From an uncultured Acidobacteriota bacterium (lineage in GTDB: Bacteria > Acidobacteriota > UBA6911): a stretch of 64,000 bases of DNA. This document shows, piece by piece, positions 11,877 through 31,564 of the stretch. The position numbers and the translations under genes were made by a program. The notes beneath the pieces were generated by a model that saw only the letters and a program-made list of their open reading frames with translations, ran no database searches and was not told the origin of the DNA. Numbering within the stretch: position 1 is the first letter of the stretch; every line of letters starts with the position of its first letter. Where the stretch lies: positions 64,001 to 128,000 of the forward strand of contig CAWHCF010000008.1 in NCBI GenBank assembly GCA_963827655.1, written 5' to 3'.

Positions 11877-12575
11877 ATGCCCCAATCAGGGAAGAGCTAC
11901 AGGAAGTCGGCTTCAGAACGGGAGCGGAAGCTGTACCCGCTCACGGACGCAGTCGCGCTGGTAAAGAAAATCGCCTACGCCAAGTTTAACGAAACCGTGG
12001 AAATCGCCATGCGCCTGGGAGTGGATCCCAAGCATGCCGATCAGATGGTGCGGGGCACCGTGGTCCTCCCCAACGGGCTCGGTCGGAGCAAACGGGTTAT
12101 CGCCATTACTTCCGGCGACAAGGTCAAGGAAGCCCGCGAAGCGGGAGCCGACGAGGTGGGGGGTGATGACATAGTGGAACGTATCGCCGGAGGGTGGATC
12201 GATTTCGACGCGGTGGTGGCTACTCCGGACATGATGCGCAGCGTTGGCAAACTGGGAAAGGTGCTCGGTCCGCGAGGGCTTATGCCCAATCCCAAAACCG
12301 GAACGGTCACTTTCGAGGTCTCCAAGGCCATTCGCGACATCAAAGCCGGAAAGGTCGAGTTCCGAGTGGACAAGACCGGCATCGTGCATGCTCCCTGTGG
12401 CAAGGTGCAGTTCGATGAAGAGAAGCTCTACGAAAATGCCAGGGCGCTCATCGAAGCCGTGATTCGCGCCAAACCCGCAAGCAGCAAAGGAAAGTACGTA
12501 AGGAGCATCTCGATATCCTCGACCATGAGTCCGGGAATCTGGATAGACGAGGCTTCGGTCGAATCTCACCCATAG
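11877..12575 (+). CDS. rplA: 50S ribosomal protein L1
   Basis: [29 protein letters not shown]. Confidence 0.99.
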   Translation: MPQSGKSYRKSASERERKLYPLTDAVALVKKIAYAKFNETVEIAMRLGVDPKHADQMVRGTVVLPNGLGRSKRVIAITSGDKVKEAREAGADEVGGDDIVERIAGGWIDFDAVVATPDMMRSVGKLGKVLGPRGLMPNPKTGTVTFEVSKAIRDIKAGKVEFRVDKTGIVHAPCGKVQFDEEKLYENARALIEAVIRAKPASSKGKYVRSISISSTMSPGIWIDEASVESHP

Positions 12576-12650
12576 GGTGCCGCCGGGCAAGGTCCGGGCG
12601 GGCAATGAGGGGCCTCTCCTGGAGCGCCCCCTGGAGTCGAGAGGTTATAG

Positions 12651-13163
12651 ATGAACAAAACGGAGAAGCAGCAGGTCATCGATACCCTGGGTGAGAAATT
12701 TCGCGCCATCAACAGTGTGTTCTTGATCGATTACCGAGGCCTCAAGGTGGTGGATGCGACTGAACTGCGCCGAAAAATTCGGGAAATAAACGGATCGTAC
12801 GTCGTAATCAAGAACACGATAGCCTTGAGAGCTGCGAAGCAAACTAAACTGGAACACCTCAGTGAACATTTCAAGGGTCCGACGGCCCTGGCCTACCACC
12901 CCCGCGATGTTGTGGGGCTGGCAAAGCTGCTGACCGATATCGCGAAGACCAATCCTAACATTCAGTTCAAAGCCGCGCTGATCGAAGGAAAGGTGGTCGC
13001 TACTTCCGATATTCAGGCGATTGCCGCCATGCCGTCTCGTGAAGTAATGCTTGGGAGGCTGCTGTCCCTGATGAAGGCGCCCGCTCAAAGATTGGCGGTT
13101 ACCTTGAAGGCTCCCTTGCGAGACCTATCCCTGGTCCTGAGACAGATTCAGAAGCAGGCTTGA
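12651..13163 (+). CDS. rplJ: 50S ribosomal protein L10
   Basis: DYRGL, VIKNT, GPTALA, MPSRE; synteny. Confidence 0.97.
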   Translation: MNKTEKQQVIDTLGEKFRAINSVFLIDYRGLKVVDATELRRKIREINGSYVVIKNTIALRAAKQTKLEHLSEHFKGPTALAYHPRDVVGLAKLLTDIAKTNPNIQFKAALIEGKVVATSDIQAIAAMPSREVMLGRLLSLMKAPAQRLAVTLKAPLRDLSLVLRQIQKQA

Positions 13164-13243
13164 TTCATTGGTGATGACCGCGGAGCAGGATCTACCGCGA
13201 GGACGCGAATAGTTTTGGGTAATCAATTAACCTGGAGGAAGTA

Positions 13244-13633
13244 ATGGCGATTACAAAAAGCGAAGTCTTGGATTGGATCGATCAGGCCACGATGCTTGAG
13301 ATCTCGGACCTGGTGAAGAGCCTGGAGGACAAATACGGCATCAGCGCAGCTGCTGCCATGCCGGTTGCCGTGGGCGGCTCGGCGGCGGCGGGCGGGGAGG
13401 CCAAGCCGGCCCAGGAGGAGAAAACTGAATACGACGTCATTCTGACGGCCGTGGGCGACAAGAAGATCAACGTCATCAAGGCAGTTCGGGAAGTAACCAG
13501 CCTCGGCTTGAAGGAGGCCAAAGATCTGGTGGAGGGAGCTCCGAAGCCCGTCAAAGAGGGAGTTTCCAAGGAGGAAGCGGAAGCGATCAAGAAGAAGTTC
13601 GAGGACGCCGGAGCCAGCGTGGAAATCAAGTAG
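13244..13633 (+). CDS. rplL: 50S ribosomal protein L7/L12
   Basis: [21 protein letters not shown]. Confidence 0.99.
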   Translation: MAITKSEVLDWIDQATMLEISDLVKSLEDKYGISAAAAMPVAVGGSAAAGGEAKPAQEEKTEYDVILTAVGDKKINVIKAVREVTSLGLKEAKDLVEGAPKPVKEGVSKEEAEAIKKKFEDAGASVEIK

Positions 13634-13666
13634 ATCCGACTGACCAGTGAAAACAAAGGGAGTGAA

Positions 13667-17967
<4,301 letters not shown>

Positions 17968-17969
<2 letters not shown>

Positions 17970-18020
17970 TGACGATTGACGATTGACGATTGAAAAATTG
18001 AAGATCGTCGATCGTCAGTC
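17968..18020. repeat. Third GATTGAC heptamer tandem/inverted element, between rpoB and rpoC
   Basis: gatgac-gattgac-gattgac-gattgaa ... gatcgtc-gatcgtc-agtc starting at the rpoB stop. Confidence 0.8.
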
Positions 18021-18092
18021 CGAATTCACATGAAGGGTCTATTCGTAGCCGAGAAACTTACTTCAAATTTAAACCATTAGGAGTAACAAAAA

Positions 18093-22284
<4,192 letters not shown>

Positions 22285-22324
22285 GAGCAGCATTAACCGG
22301 CAGGCCGCAAAGATAAGAAAGCCA

Positions 22325-22358
22325 AAAAAGGCGGGGATTATCCTCGCCTTTTTTCTTT
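22325..22358 (+). terminator. Rho-independent (likely bidirectional) terminator after rpoC
   Basis: AAAAAAGGCGGGGA-TTA-TCCTCGCCTTTTTT. Confidence 0.85.
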
Positions 22359-22384
22359 GCGTCCCTCGCGTCTAGCGGTTGACG

Positions 22385-23305
22385 ATGTCCAACGCAGTCC
22401 GTGATGCCCTCATGCGGCGAGTGCACCAATCGCTGCGCTGTCCGGGATGTCACCTGAGACTCGCGCATGTGGCCGGGAACCGTGACATCCGGTGCCACCA
22501 ATGTCATGTTACTTTTCCGGTCTTACCGGGGGAAGTTCCCGTTCTGCTGCTTCAGGACCGTCGGGCGCAGTTCGCAAATCTTCTCAGCGAGGACGAAGGT
22601 GGCGTGCGAATGGCTCAAGAGTATAGCCGTTACGGGACGTGGCGAGGAAAACTACGCAACGCTTTGAAGCCTCCCTCTATCGTTTATGACGTCGACGTCG
22701 CCCGAAAATACTCCTGGATCTACGACACCCAGGGCGAAGCGACCCTGATTCTCAGCATCGGCGGAGGTCCAGGTCGGGAAAACCCGCGCGTAATTAATTT
22801 GAATGTAGACGCATTCGACTCGGTCGACATAATTGGCGATGGCACTAATATCCCGCTGGTGGATGGATCCGTCGATACCGTCACGTGTAATGCCGTCATC
22901 GAGCACGTATCCAATCCCGCTGATTTACTCTCCGAGATGTACCGGGTTCTGGCGCCGGGCGGTTACGCCCAGCTGATGGTTCCATTCGTCTTCCCGTTTC
23001 ACGCCTACCCTTCCGATTACCAGCGTTACAGCACCATGGGCATTCTCGAACTGACTCGGTCGTTTGACAAGATCGAACTCTGCGTTCTGACGGGTCCCAC
23101 TTCCGCCATGGCAGTGCTGTTTCGCGAGTATCTTCGGCTGCTTGTTCCCGGAGGAAACGGTCGTTTTCTCAGGCCGGTTCTCAATGGCATCTCGGGCTGG
23201 CTGACATTCCCGATCAAGTACCTCGACCTGTGGCTGAATCGCAAGCCGGAAGCGGCCAACATGTCGGCTGCCTTCTACTACCTGGGACGCAAGCCGAGCG
23301 CTTGA
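22385..23305 (+). CDS. Class I SAM-dependent methyltransferase with N-terminal Trm112-like Zn finger
   Basis: CPGC..CHQC, then LSIGGGPG, CNAVIEHV, LAPGG, HAYPSDY. Confidence 0.8.
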   Translation: MSNAVRDALMRRVHQSLRCPGCHLRLAHVAGNRDIRCHQCHVTFPVLPGEVPVLLLQDRRAQFANLLSEDEGGVRMAQEYSRYGTWRGKLRNALKPPSIVYDVDVARKYSWIYDTQGEATLILSIGGGPGRENPRVINLNVDAFDSVDIIGDGTNIPLVDGSVDTVTCNAVIEHVSNPADLLSEMYRVLAPGGYAQLMVPFVFPFHAYPSDYQRYSTMGILELTRSFDKIELCVLTGPTSAMAVLFREYLRLLVPGGNGRFLRPVLNGISGWLTFPIKYLDLWLNRKPEAANMSAAFYYLGRKPSA

Positions 23306-23465
23306 GAGGCTTCGGGTTTCTTCGTGTCTTCGAGGTCGGTGCGACGGAACCAACCTAACCTCTAAGACACAAAGACGCCAAGGATCCTTGTCGAAAAAGT
23401 CTGAAAATACAGTAACCTCTTGAAGAGCGAGGGTAAGGCGCATCGACGCGAAGAGAACCTCCAGG

Positions 23466-24470
23466 ATGCATGACGGGTACCGGATGCGTCTCAGGCTGCT
23501 GGCTGTGCTTTTTCTCGCCGGCGTTGTCCTGGCCGGCGAGGCGGCCACGCCGGCGGCGGAATGGCTCGCCTCGATCCGGCCGTCTGCGGAGCTGAAGGCA
23601 TTCCTGGACGGCGTCATGGCCGACTTCCTCGCCCGCGACGCCAAGCTGCGCGGGGCCAAGGTGCGCGTGGCGCTCATCGATCTCGCGCATGGCGAGCCGC
23701 CCCGCCTGGCCGATTATCACGGGACGGCCCCGATCTACCCGGCGAGCGTGGTCAAGTTCGTCTACCTGATGGCCGCCTACCGCTGGCAGGAGGAGGGCCG
23801 GCTCCGGATCGAGGGCGGTTTGGACCAGGATCTGTCGGAGATGATCCGCCAGTCGAGCAACCAGGCGACCCGGAAGGTGTTCGCGCACCTGACCGAAACG
23901 GAGCCCGGCCCCGAGCTGTCCCCCGAGGCGTATCGGGACTTTCGCGAGCGACGTCTCGCGGTGAAGCGCTGGCTCGTGAGCCTCGGCATCGACGACCTCC
24001 ACTGTGTGAACCCCACCTACGATGGCAACGGCGACCTCTTCGGCCGCGACCGGCAGTTCATCAGCGACGCGACTGTCCCAGGCGGGCTCGGACGGAGCGG
24101 CGGCTCCGGGCCCAACCGGCAGGCAATGACGGCGATCGGCACGGCGAAGCTGCTCGCGCTCCTTGCGACCGACCGAGCGCTCACGCCGGCGGACTCGGCC
24201 ATCGTCCGCGCTCGCATGCGGCGCGATCCGAAGGAACAACGCCACCTGGCGGCGCGCATCGCCGGCGGCGCGGCGCGCGTGGGTGGCCTCGAGGTGTATG
24301 CGAAGAGCGGGACCTGGGGGCCAATCTACGCTGACGCGGGCATCGTGCGGCAGGTGGCGTCGGGGCGACAGATGGTGATCGTCGTGTTCACGGAGGCGAG
24401 CCCGGCGTATCGCGGTGATTTCATTGCGAAGCTGACGGCGGCGAGCGCCGAGCGAGTGCTGGGCGAGTGA
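23466..24470 (+). CDS. Secreted serine hydrolase, class A beta-lactamase-like fold
   Basis: Signal peptide; PASVVK (SxxK), SSN, KSG motifs. Confidence 0.8.
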   Translation: MHDGYRMRLRLLAVLFLAGVVLAGEAATPAAEWLASIRPSAELKAFLDGVMADFLARDAKLRGAKVRVALIDLAHGEPPRLADYHGTAPIYPASVVKFVYLMAAYRWQEEGRLRIEGGLDQDLSEMIRQSSNQATRKVFAHLTETEPGPELSPEAYRDFRERRLAVKRWLVSLGIDDLHCVNPTYDGNGDLFGRDRQFISDATVPGGLGRSGGSGPNRQAMTAIGTAKLLALLATDRALTPADSAIVRARMRRDPKEQRHLAARIAGGAARVGGLEVYAKSGTWGPIYADAGIVRQVASGRQMVIVVFTEASPAYRGDFIAKLTAASAERVLGE

Positions 24471-24688
24471 GCGGCGGGGGTGAACGCTTGTGCGGAAAAG
24501 TGGCTGATGAATAGGCTTGCCGCCCTCGTCACCGCCTCCCGGACCGGAGAGATCTTCGAGGTAGCTTAGCTTGATCTTGCGACCAACAATGAGCTCTTTA
24601 TCGAACTGGCGTCGAAAGCTCTCCGTTGGGGTGTACCGACGGACCCGGTAAGGATGGTTGTGCCGGATCGGCTCCTTTCCGGCCTTCT

Positions 24689-25800
24689 CTACTTTTCTGG
24701 GTGGAACATCGTCTCTAGAGTCCGTCCGAGAGCGATCAGACTTTCCAGACTATGGGCGGGCAGGAAGTAATCCAGGTGTGGGAGGACCGCCTGCATTCCT
24801 TTACAGAGAGGCTCATAGTTTTGGCTGGCCAGCAGAGGGTTGAGCCAAAGTACTTTCTGGCAACGCCTCTTTATATTCTTCATCTCCTGCGCAAGCAGAT
24901 CCACGTCTCCACAGTCCCAACCGTCGCTGATGACTATAATCACGGTTCGATGGTCCACAAGCTCCCTCGCGAAATCCTGATTGAAAGTCGAGAAAGAGCG
25001 GCCCATGTTCGTTCCTCCGGACCAGCCCGACACGTGGCTCGAAAGTCTTTCGAGCGCGCGTTCGATGTTCCCGGTACGAAGGAGATGCGTGATCCGGCTG
25101 AGTGAAGTGCTGAACACGAAAGTCTCGACGCCCCAAAGCTCGTTCTGCAGGCCGTACATGAACTGAATCAGGAAACGGCTGTAGGATTCCATCGATCCAC
25201 TGACATCACAGAGCAACACGATGCGCGTCTTCTTGATCCTCCGCCTGCGCCGCGCGAACTCCACAATGTCGCCGCCGTAGCTCAGGCTCTTTCGCATGGT
25301 TCGGCGAAGATCGATTGCATTCGCGCTGTCAGCAAGTTTCTTGCGGCGGCTCAGTCGCGTAGCAATCCGGGCAGCCATGAAAAGAATGGCGCGGCGCATC
25401 TCGAGACTTTCCTCGATGCTCAATTCATTGAAATCCTTCTTGCTGAGGATCTCAACCGGACTATAGGCAAATGAGCCCGCAGAGCCTTGCTCCAAGGCTT
25501 CCTCGAGGTCCATTAGCGTGAGTCCGAGCCGGTCGGCCCCGGTACGGTCTCCTCCAAAGTATCTGCCGGAGATACGCCGAATCGGCGATCCCGCCAGAAG
25601 GTGTCGAACGTACGATCGAAGACCGGGATTTCTTCTTTGCGAGAAATGAGGTTGGCACGAAGGGCGCTGTAGAAATCCGACCGGCAACCGATGTCTACGA
25701 ATTCAAGCGAGCGGCTGGCATCGATGACTTGGCCGAGACTGATTCGGATTCCCGCATCCTTCAAAGAGCGGCTAAAACCCAAAACGTCTGTGATCTGCAT
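24689..25800 (-). CDS. coxE: CoxE-like VWA domain protein (apparent frameshift near 25550)
   Basis: IDLRRTMR, DVSGSM, GGTNMG, ISDGWD, WLNPL; N-terminal part in ORF 25513-25800. Confidence 0.88.
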
Positions 25801-25808
25801 GGTACGTT

Positions 25809-26729
25809 CTACGCCTGGATCTCGGCTGACTCTTTAACGACCAGATCGAGGTCCAGCGTCTTGTTTGCCATTTCACCGTGCATTCGCTCGATGTCTTCTT
25901 TGTACTTGAAAATGCAGCCCAGCGTTTCCTCAACGGCGGCTTGGTCCAATGCGCGACGATTCAGGGCAAGAAGAGCTGAAGCCCAATCCAGGGTCTCGGC
26001 GATGCCCGGACGTTTGTAAAAATTCAGCCGCCGTATGCGCTGCATCAGAGCGCAGATTTGCCTGGCGAGAACAGTTTCGATGCCGGGAAGTTTTGCCATG
26101 ACGATTGCGTGTTCCTTTTCGAACGCCGGATAATCAATCCAGTGAAACAGGCAGCGGCGCTTCAGCGCGTCGTGAATTTCCCGTGTCCGATTCGATGTCA
26201 GGAAAACGTAGGGGCGCTGTCTGGCGCGGATGGTTCCGATCTCGGGAATGGTGATTTGAAAGTCAGAGAGGACTTCCAGGAGGAAGGCTTCGAACTCCAT
26301 GTCCGCGCGATCGATCTCGTCGATGAGGAGAACCGGTGGCGTGGGAGCGTCCGACTGGATTGCTTCGAGCAGGGGCCTTTTGATCAGATACTCTTCGGTA
26401 AAGATCGAGGACTCTACCGCCTCGCGGCTTCCGCGCCCGATTTCCTCCAGTTTGATCCGCAGCATCTGTTTAGGATAGTTCCACTCGTAAAGGGAGGTGT
26501 TGACATCGAGTCCCTCGTAGCATTGTAGCCGGATGAGCCTGGTGTCCAGCACCTCGGCCAGCACCTTCGCCACTTCCGTCTTGCCCACGCCGGCCTCGCC
26601 TTCCAGGAGGACAGGTTTACCCATTGTGATCGATAGGTAGACCGCCGTGGCGAGTGATCGATCGCAAATGTACCGATGGTTTTCCAAAGCGTGTTGAATT
26701 TTGTCGATGGTCAGGTTTCTCGGATCCAC
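25809..26729 (-). CDS. coxD: CoxD-like MoxR AAA+ ATPase
   Basis: GEAGVGKT, RLQCYEGLD, LIDEIDRAD, DALKRRC. Confidence 0.92.
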   Translation of the reverse strand: MDPRNLTIDKIQHALENHRYICDRSLATAVYLSITMGKPVLLEGEAGVGKTEVAKVLAEVLDTRLIRLQCYEGLDVNTSLYEWNYPKQMLRIKLEEIGRGSREAVESSIFTEEYLIKRPLLEAIQSDAPTPPVLLIDEIDRADMEFEAFLLEVLSDFQITIPEIGTIRARQRPYVFLTSNRTREIHDALKRRCLFHWIDYPAFEKEHAIVMAKLPGIETVLARQICALMQRIRRLNFYKRPGIAETLDWASALLALNRRALDQAAVEETLGCIFKYKEDIERMHGEMANKTLDLDLVVKESAEIQA

Positions 26730-26843
26730 CTGTGTCCTCCGTTCCTTGAAGATGGTGGAAACTGTTCAGCTCTTGAAAAGGTGTCACGAAGGCAGTATCG
26801 TCTTCTGCGTCAAAGCCACTCAGATCGATTCGGAGCCGCCGCT

Positions 26844-27719
26844 ATGATTCCTGCAGCCTTCGAGTATTGTGCGCCAACGAGCGTGGATGAGGCCATAGGT
26901 TTACTGAAGCAGCATGGATCGGAAGCGAAGATCCTGTCAGGGGGAATGAGCTTGATTCCCCTTCTGAAACTGCGCCTGGCAGCACCGCGTTTCATCGTGG
27001 ATATTAACCGCCTGCCGGGATTGAACTATATCAAAGAAGCCGATGGCTTCCTCAAAATAGGCGCCCTCACTCGCGAGGCGGATTTGGAACGATCGGAGTT
27101 GGTTCGTTCGAAATATCCAATCCTGTCGGATACGGCTTCCGTCATTGCCGATCCCCTGGTGCGCAACATGGCCACGATCGCGGGAAATCTGGCCCACGGA
27201 GATCCGGCCAATGATCATCCGGCGACGATGCTTGCGCTACGGGCGCAGGTCGTGGCCACCGGGCCGGGTGGTGAACGCACGATCCCGGTCAGCGATTTTT
27301 TCACTGGCCTCTTCACCACCGTTTTGAGTTCCGACGAACTCCTCACGGAAATCCAGATCCCCATTCCTCCGGCCGGCAGCGGTGGCGCTTACATCAAGCT
27401 GGAGCGAAAGGTCGGTGACTTTGCCACTGCTGCGGTGGCTGCGCAGTTGACGGTTGCCAGAGGCGACGTCTGCGAACGAGTGGGAATCGGCCTGACCAAT
27501 GCCGGGCCGAGACCGATGAAAGCCAAGAGAGCGGAGGATGCTCTTCAGGGCAAGAAAATCGACGGCGAGACGATCCGGCGGGCAGCCGGACTCGCTTCAG
27601 AGGAGTCTGACCCGAAATCGGACTTGCGTGGTCCTTCAGAGTACAAGCGTGATCTGATTCGCGTATTGACTGCGCGCGCTCTCCATCGGGCGCTGCAGCG
27701 GGCTCGGGGAGGAAAATAG
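26844..27719 (+). CDS. coxM: CO dehydrogenase medium (FAD) subunit
   Basis: [32 protein letters not shown]. Confidence 0.93.
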   Translation: MIPAAFEYCAPTSVDEAIGLLKQHGSEAKILSGGMSLIPLLKLRLAAPRFIVDINRLPGLNYIKEADGFLKIGALTREADLERSELVRSKYPILSDTASVIADPLVRNMATIAGNLAHGDPANDHPATMLALRAQVVATGPGGERTIPVSDFFTGLFTTVLSSDELLTEIQIPIPPAGSGGAYIKLERKVGDFATAAVAAQLTVARGDVCERVGIGLTNAGPRPMKAKRAEDALQGKKIDGETIRRAAGLASEESDPKSDLRGPSEYKRDLIRVLTARALHRALQRARGGK

Positions 27720-27721
27720 CG

Positions 27722-28202
27722 ATGCCCAAACAGAAAATCCAGATCAAGGTGAATGGGAGCCTGATGGAAGCTGATGTCGAGCCCAGGCTGTTGCTGATCC
27801 ACTGCATCCGCGACGTGTTCCGCCTGACTGGGACCCATGTGGGATGCGATACCAGCCACTGCGGCGCGTGCACCGTGTTGGTCGACGGCAAGGCGATCAA
27901 GTCCTGCACTTTTTTTGCAGTTCAAGCCGATGGCCGGGATGTCACCACCGTTGAAGGGCTGGAAAAGGATGGGAACCTTCATCCTGTGCAGGAGGGGTTT
28001 TGGCAGGAGCACGGCTTGCAGTGCGGCTATTGCACGCCAGGCATGATGATCAGCGCAACTGCCTTCTTGAAGGAGAATCCCGAAGCCGACGGAAGACGAG
28101 ATCCGTGTGGCGATTTCGGGCAATCTCTGTCGCTGCACGGGCTACGTGAACATCGTCAAAGCAATTCAATATGCCGCAGCTAAACTTGCGGCGGGAGGGT
28201 AA
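27722..28202 (+). CDS. coxS: CO dehydrogenase small (2Fe-2S) subunit (apparent indel near 28080)
   Basis: [18 protein letters not shown]; GNLCRCTGY in the shifted frame ending TAA at 28202. Confidence 0.93.
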
Positions 28203-28204
28203 CC

Positions 28205-30571
28205 GTGGCGCCTCGAACGAGTCCGGAAGTCGGAGGAATGGGGCACTCGGTGAAACGCAAAGAGGATCCCAGGTTCATCCGCGGCAAGGGAAATTATGTC
28301 GATGACATCCAACTGCCGGGGATGGTCTATCTCGACATTGTTCGGAGTCCTTTTGCACATGCCCAGATCACGAAAATCGACACGGCCAGGGCTCTGGCCA
28401 TCCCGGGGGTGCTGGCCGTAATTACAGGCAGGGATCTGGAGAAATACAATTTGCACTGGATGCCGACGCTCATGTCGGACACGCAGATGGTCCTTCCCGT
28501 CGAAAAGGTGATGTTTCAGTCACAGGAGGTGGCTGCAGTCATAGCGACAGACCGCTACATCGCCGCGGATGGTGTGGAAGCCGTCGAGGTTGATTACGAG
28601 CCGTTGCCGGTTGTCATCGATCCCTTGAAAGCTCTCGAGCCTGGAGCGCCGGTGCTTCGCACCGACAAGAAAGACAAAAAAGACAACCACATCTTCCACT
28701 GGGAAGTCGGCGACAAATCCGCCACGGACCAGGCGTTCAAGAACGCCGATGTGACTGTCAAGCAGGATATCTACCTTCCCAGGATTCATGTGGCTTCCAT
28801 CGAGACGCCTGGTTGTGTCGCGCAATTCGACAAGGTGACGGGGAAGCTGACCGTGTGGATGACGACTCAGGCGCCACACGTCATCCGTACGGTTTTCGCA
28901 CTGGTCGCGGGACACGTCGGACTTTCGGAAGAAAAAATCCGTATCATCTCTCCGGATATCGGCGGTGGCTTTGGCGGCAAGGTACCGGTGTATCCGGGCT
29001 ATGTTATCGCGGTGGCAGCCTCCGTCTTGACCGGACTTCCTGTCAAATGGGTCGAAGACCGCATGGAAAACCTGCAGGCGGATTCATTTGCCCGCGATTA
29101 CCACATGACCGCCGAACTGGCGGCCCAAAAGGATGGAACCCTGACAGCGCTGCGGATCAAGACGATCGCCGATCATGGGTATACCGATGCGGCAGCCAAC
29201 CCGTCGAAGTTCCCGGCCGGACTCTTCTCCATCTGCACCGGCTCTTACGATTTCAAGGCCGCCCACGTTCAAGTCGATGGAGCGTATACCAACAAACCAC
29301 CAGGCGGCATTGCCTACCGTTGCTCATTTCGCGTGACGGAAGCGGCGCACGCGATTGAACGCATGGTCGACATCATGTCTCACGAGCTGAAAATGGATCC
29401 GGCGGATTTCCGGTTGAAGAATTTCATCGCCGCCGACCGATTTCCATACCAATCAGTCCTGGGCTGGGAGTACGACAGCGGTAATTACGAAGGCGCTCTG
29501 CGCAAGGCCATGGAGAAAATCGGTTACGCCGAATTGCGAAAGGAACAGGCGGAGAAAAGAGCGCGCGGCGAGCTGATGGGAATCGGGATCAGCAGTTTCA
29601 CGGAAGTTGTCGGGGCAGGCCCTTCGAAACACTTCGATATTCTTGGCCTGAAGATGTTCGACTCCTGCGAGATTCGAATACATCCGACAGGAAAAGCCAT
29701 AGCCCGCTTCGGTACCAAGTCGCAGGGCCAGGGTCACGAGACGACATACGCCCAGATTGTCGCTGAAGAGATCGGAATACCGATGGAACACATCATGATA
29801 GAGGAAGGCGACACGGATACGGCTCCCTATGGTCTCGGCACCTACGCCAGCCGCAGTACACCAACGGCCGGCGCTGCAGGCTCCATGGCCGCGCGGAAAA
29901 TCCGCGAGAAAGCGAGAAAGATCGCGGCACACCTGTTGGAAGCCCGCGAAGACGACCTCGAATGGGAACCGGGAAAGTTCTTTGTGCGTGGGAATCCCAC
30001 GAGGGCAAAGACCATTCAAGAGATTGCGCTGGCTGCATATACCAACCATCCGCAAGGGATGGAGGCAGGTCTTGAAGCCGTGTCGTACTATGACCCACCC
30101 AACCTGACCTTTCCGTTCGGGAGTTATATTTGTGTTGTGGACATTGACAAAGGCACAGGCGAGGTCAAGATCCGGCGCTTTGTGGCGATTGATGACTGCG
30201 GAAACATCATCAATCCAATGATCGTCGAAGGGCAAATCCACGGCGGGCTCACCATGGGTCTGGCTCCGGCCCTGTTCGAAGAGATCAATTACGACGAAGA
30301 GGGGAACATCCAGGGAGGGAGCTTCATGGATTACCTGCTGCCGACAGCCGTCGAGACGCCGAAATGGGAAACGGGCCTGACATGCACTCCTTCGCCTCAT
30401 CATCCCTTAGGAGCCAAAGGCGTCGGAGAGTCCGCCACCGTAGGCGCGCCTCCTGCGATTGTGAATGCCGTCGTGGACGCGCTATGGCATCTTGGAGTGC
30501 GCCACATCGATATCCCGATCACGCCTGCAAAAGTCTGGCAATGCCTCCGTATGCACGGTGTGACGGAGTAA
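28205..30571 (+). CDS. coxL: Aerobic CO dehydrogenase large subunit, form I
   Basis: Form I active-site motif AYRCSFR; QGQGHET, GTYASRS, AKGVGE. Confidence 0.96.
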   Translation: MAPRTSPEVGGMGHSVKRKEDPRFIRGKGNYVDDIQLPGMVYLDIVRSPFAHAQITKIDTARALAIPGVLAVITGRDLEKYNLHWMPTLMSDTQMVLPVEKVMFQSQEVAAVIATDRYIAADGVEAVEVDYEPLPVVIDPLKALEPGAPVLRTDKKDKKDNHIFHWEVGDKSATDQAFKNADVTVKQDIYLPRIHVASIETPGCVAQFDKVTGKLTVWMTTQAPHVIRTVFALVAGHVGLSEEKIRIISPDIGGGFGGKVPVYPGYVIAVAASVLTGLPVKWVEDRMENLQADSFARDYHMTAELAAQKDGTLTALRIKTIADHGYTDAAANPSKFPAGLFSICTGSYDFKAAHVQVDGAYTNKPPGGIAYRCSFRVTEAAHAIERMVDIMSHELKMDPADFRLKNFIAADRFPYQSVLGWEYDSGNYEGALRKAMEKIGYAELRKEQAEKRARGELMGIGISSFTEVVGAGPSKHFDILGLKMFDSCEIRIHPTGKAIARFGTKSQGQGHETTYAQIVAEEIGIPMEHIMIEEGDTDTAPYGLGTYASRSTPTAGAAGSMAARKIREKARKIAAHLLEAREDDLEWEPGKFFVRGNPTRAKTIQEIALAAYTNHPQGMEAGLEAVSYYDPPNLTFPFGSYICVVDIDKGTGEVKIRRFVAIDDCGNIINPMIVEGQIHGGLTMGLAPALFEEINYDEEGNIQGGSFMDYLLPTAVETPKWETGLTCTPSPHHPLGAKGVGESATVGAPPAIVNAVVDALWHLGVRHIDIPITPAKVWQCLRMHGVTE

Positions 30572-30588
30572 CTTTCAGGAGCGCTTGT

Positions 30589-31564
30589 TTGAACAACTGG
30601 GTTCTGCGAAAAGCCCAGGAGCTGTCGGCTCAGGGCGTCCCGTTTGCGCTGGCTACTGTCGTGCGTCGTGAGCGACCCACATCGAGCGAGCCCGGCGACA
30701 AAGCGATCATCACGGCCGACGGCGACCTGACGGGTTGGGTCGGAGGGAGTTGTGCTCAGCCCACCGTGGTGAAGGAAGCACAAGGAGCAATCGCCGATGG
30801 TGAGCCGAGGCTCGTGGTCATCACGCCGAATCCGGCCGAACAAGCCCGGGAAGGAGCCATTCTTTATCACATGAGCTGTTACAGCGGCGGCACACTGGAG
30901 ATTCACATAGAGCCTTATTTGCCCGAACCACAACTGGTCGTTTGTGGCGCTTCGCCCGCAGCACAGGCGCTGGTAAGAATCGGGAAAGCCGTCGGCTTCC
31001 AGGTGGTTTTGATTGATCCCACGGCGGTTGAAGAAAAGTTTACCGGACGCCGACCTTGTTCTCACCCGAGTCGAGAAGGAAAGACTGCCTCCTTGTCGCG
31101 AGCGTTATGCAGTAGTCGCCACGATGGGCAACTGGGATGATCAGGCTGTGGTGGAACTCCTGACTCTACATCCGGATTACATCGGTGTGATCGCCAGCAA
31201 GAAGCGTTTTCGACAAATGATGCAAAGTATCCATCCGGATGGTATTTCGCAGGAAAAGTTGGATTCGATCAGGTGTCCGGCGGGCCTCGATATCCCGGTG
31301 CGGACTCTCCAGGAGATTGCTTTGAGCGTCGTAGCGGAGATTGTTTCCATTCGGCGCAGGAGTGCACTCCAGGCTGCGCCCGTCGCGGCGCAGTCGGAAT
31401 TCACCATGGTCGAAGATCCGGTCTGTCACATGACCGTCGATGCTCGCACAACCCAGACGACGTTCCAGTTTGAGAGCGTCGTGTACTACTTCTGCAGCGC
31501 GCATTGCAAAAACAGCTTTGAAAAGAATCCGCGCGCATACATATCGGTGGAGGCAAAAGCGTGA
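30589..31564 (+). CDS. XdhC/CoxF family protein with C-terminal YHS domain (apparent indel near 31040)
   Basis: GWVGGSCAQ, CYSGGTLEI, CPAGLDI; C-terminal DPVCHM...YYFCSAHC...NPRAY. Confidence 0.85.

Noticed and set aside
12576-12650. L10 leader RNA
   Set aside because: The spacer is only 75 nt and GC-rich, and I cannot recognise the conserved core.
23466-24470. Bona fide antibiotic-resistance beta-lactamase
   Set aside because: Only fold-level motifs are visible. The deacylation residue and activity cannot be established from the sequence.
28205-30571. Form II (putative) CoxL or xanthine dehydrogenase
   Set aside because: The motif is AYRCSFR, not AYxGAGR, and the gene order is M-S-L.
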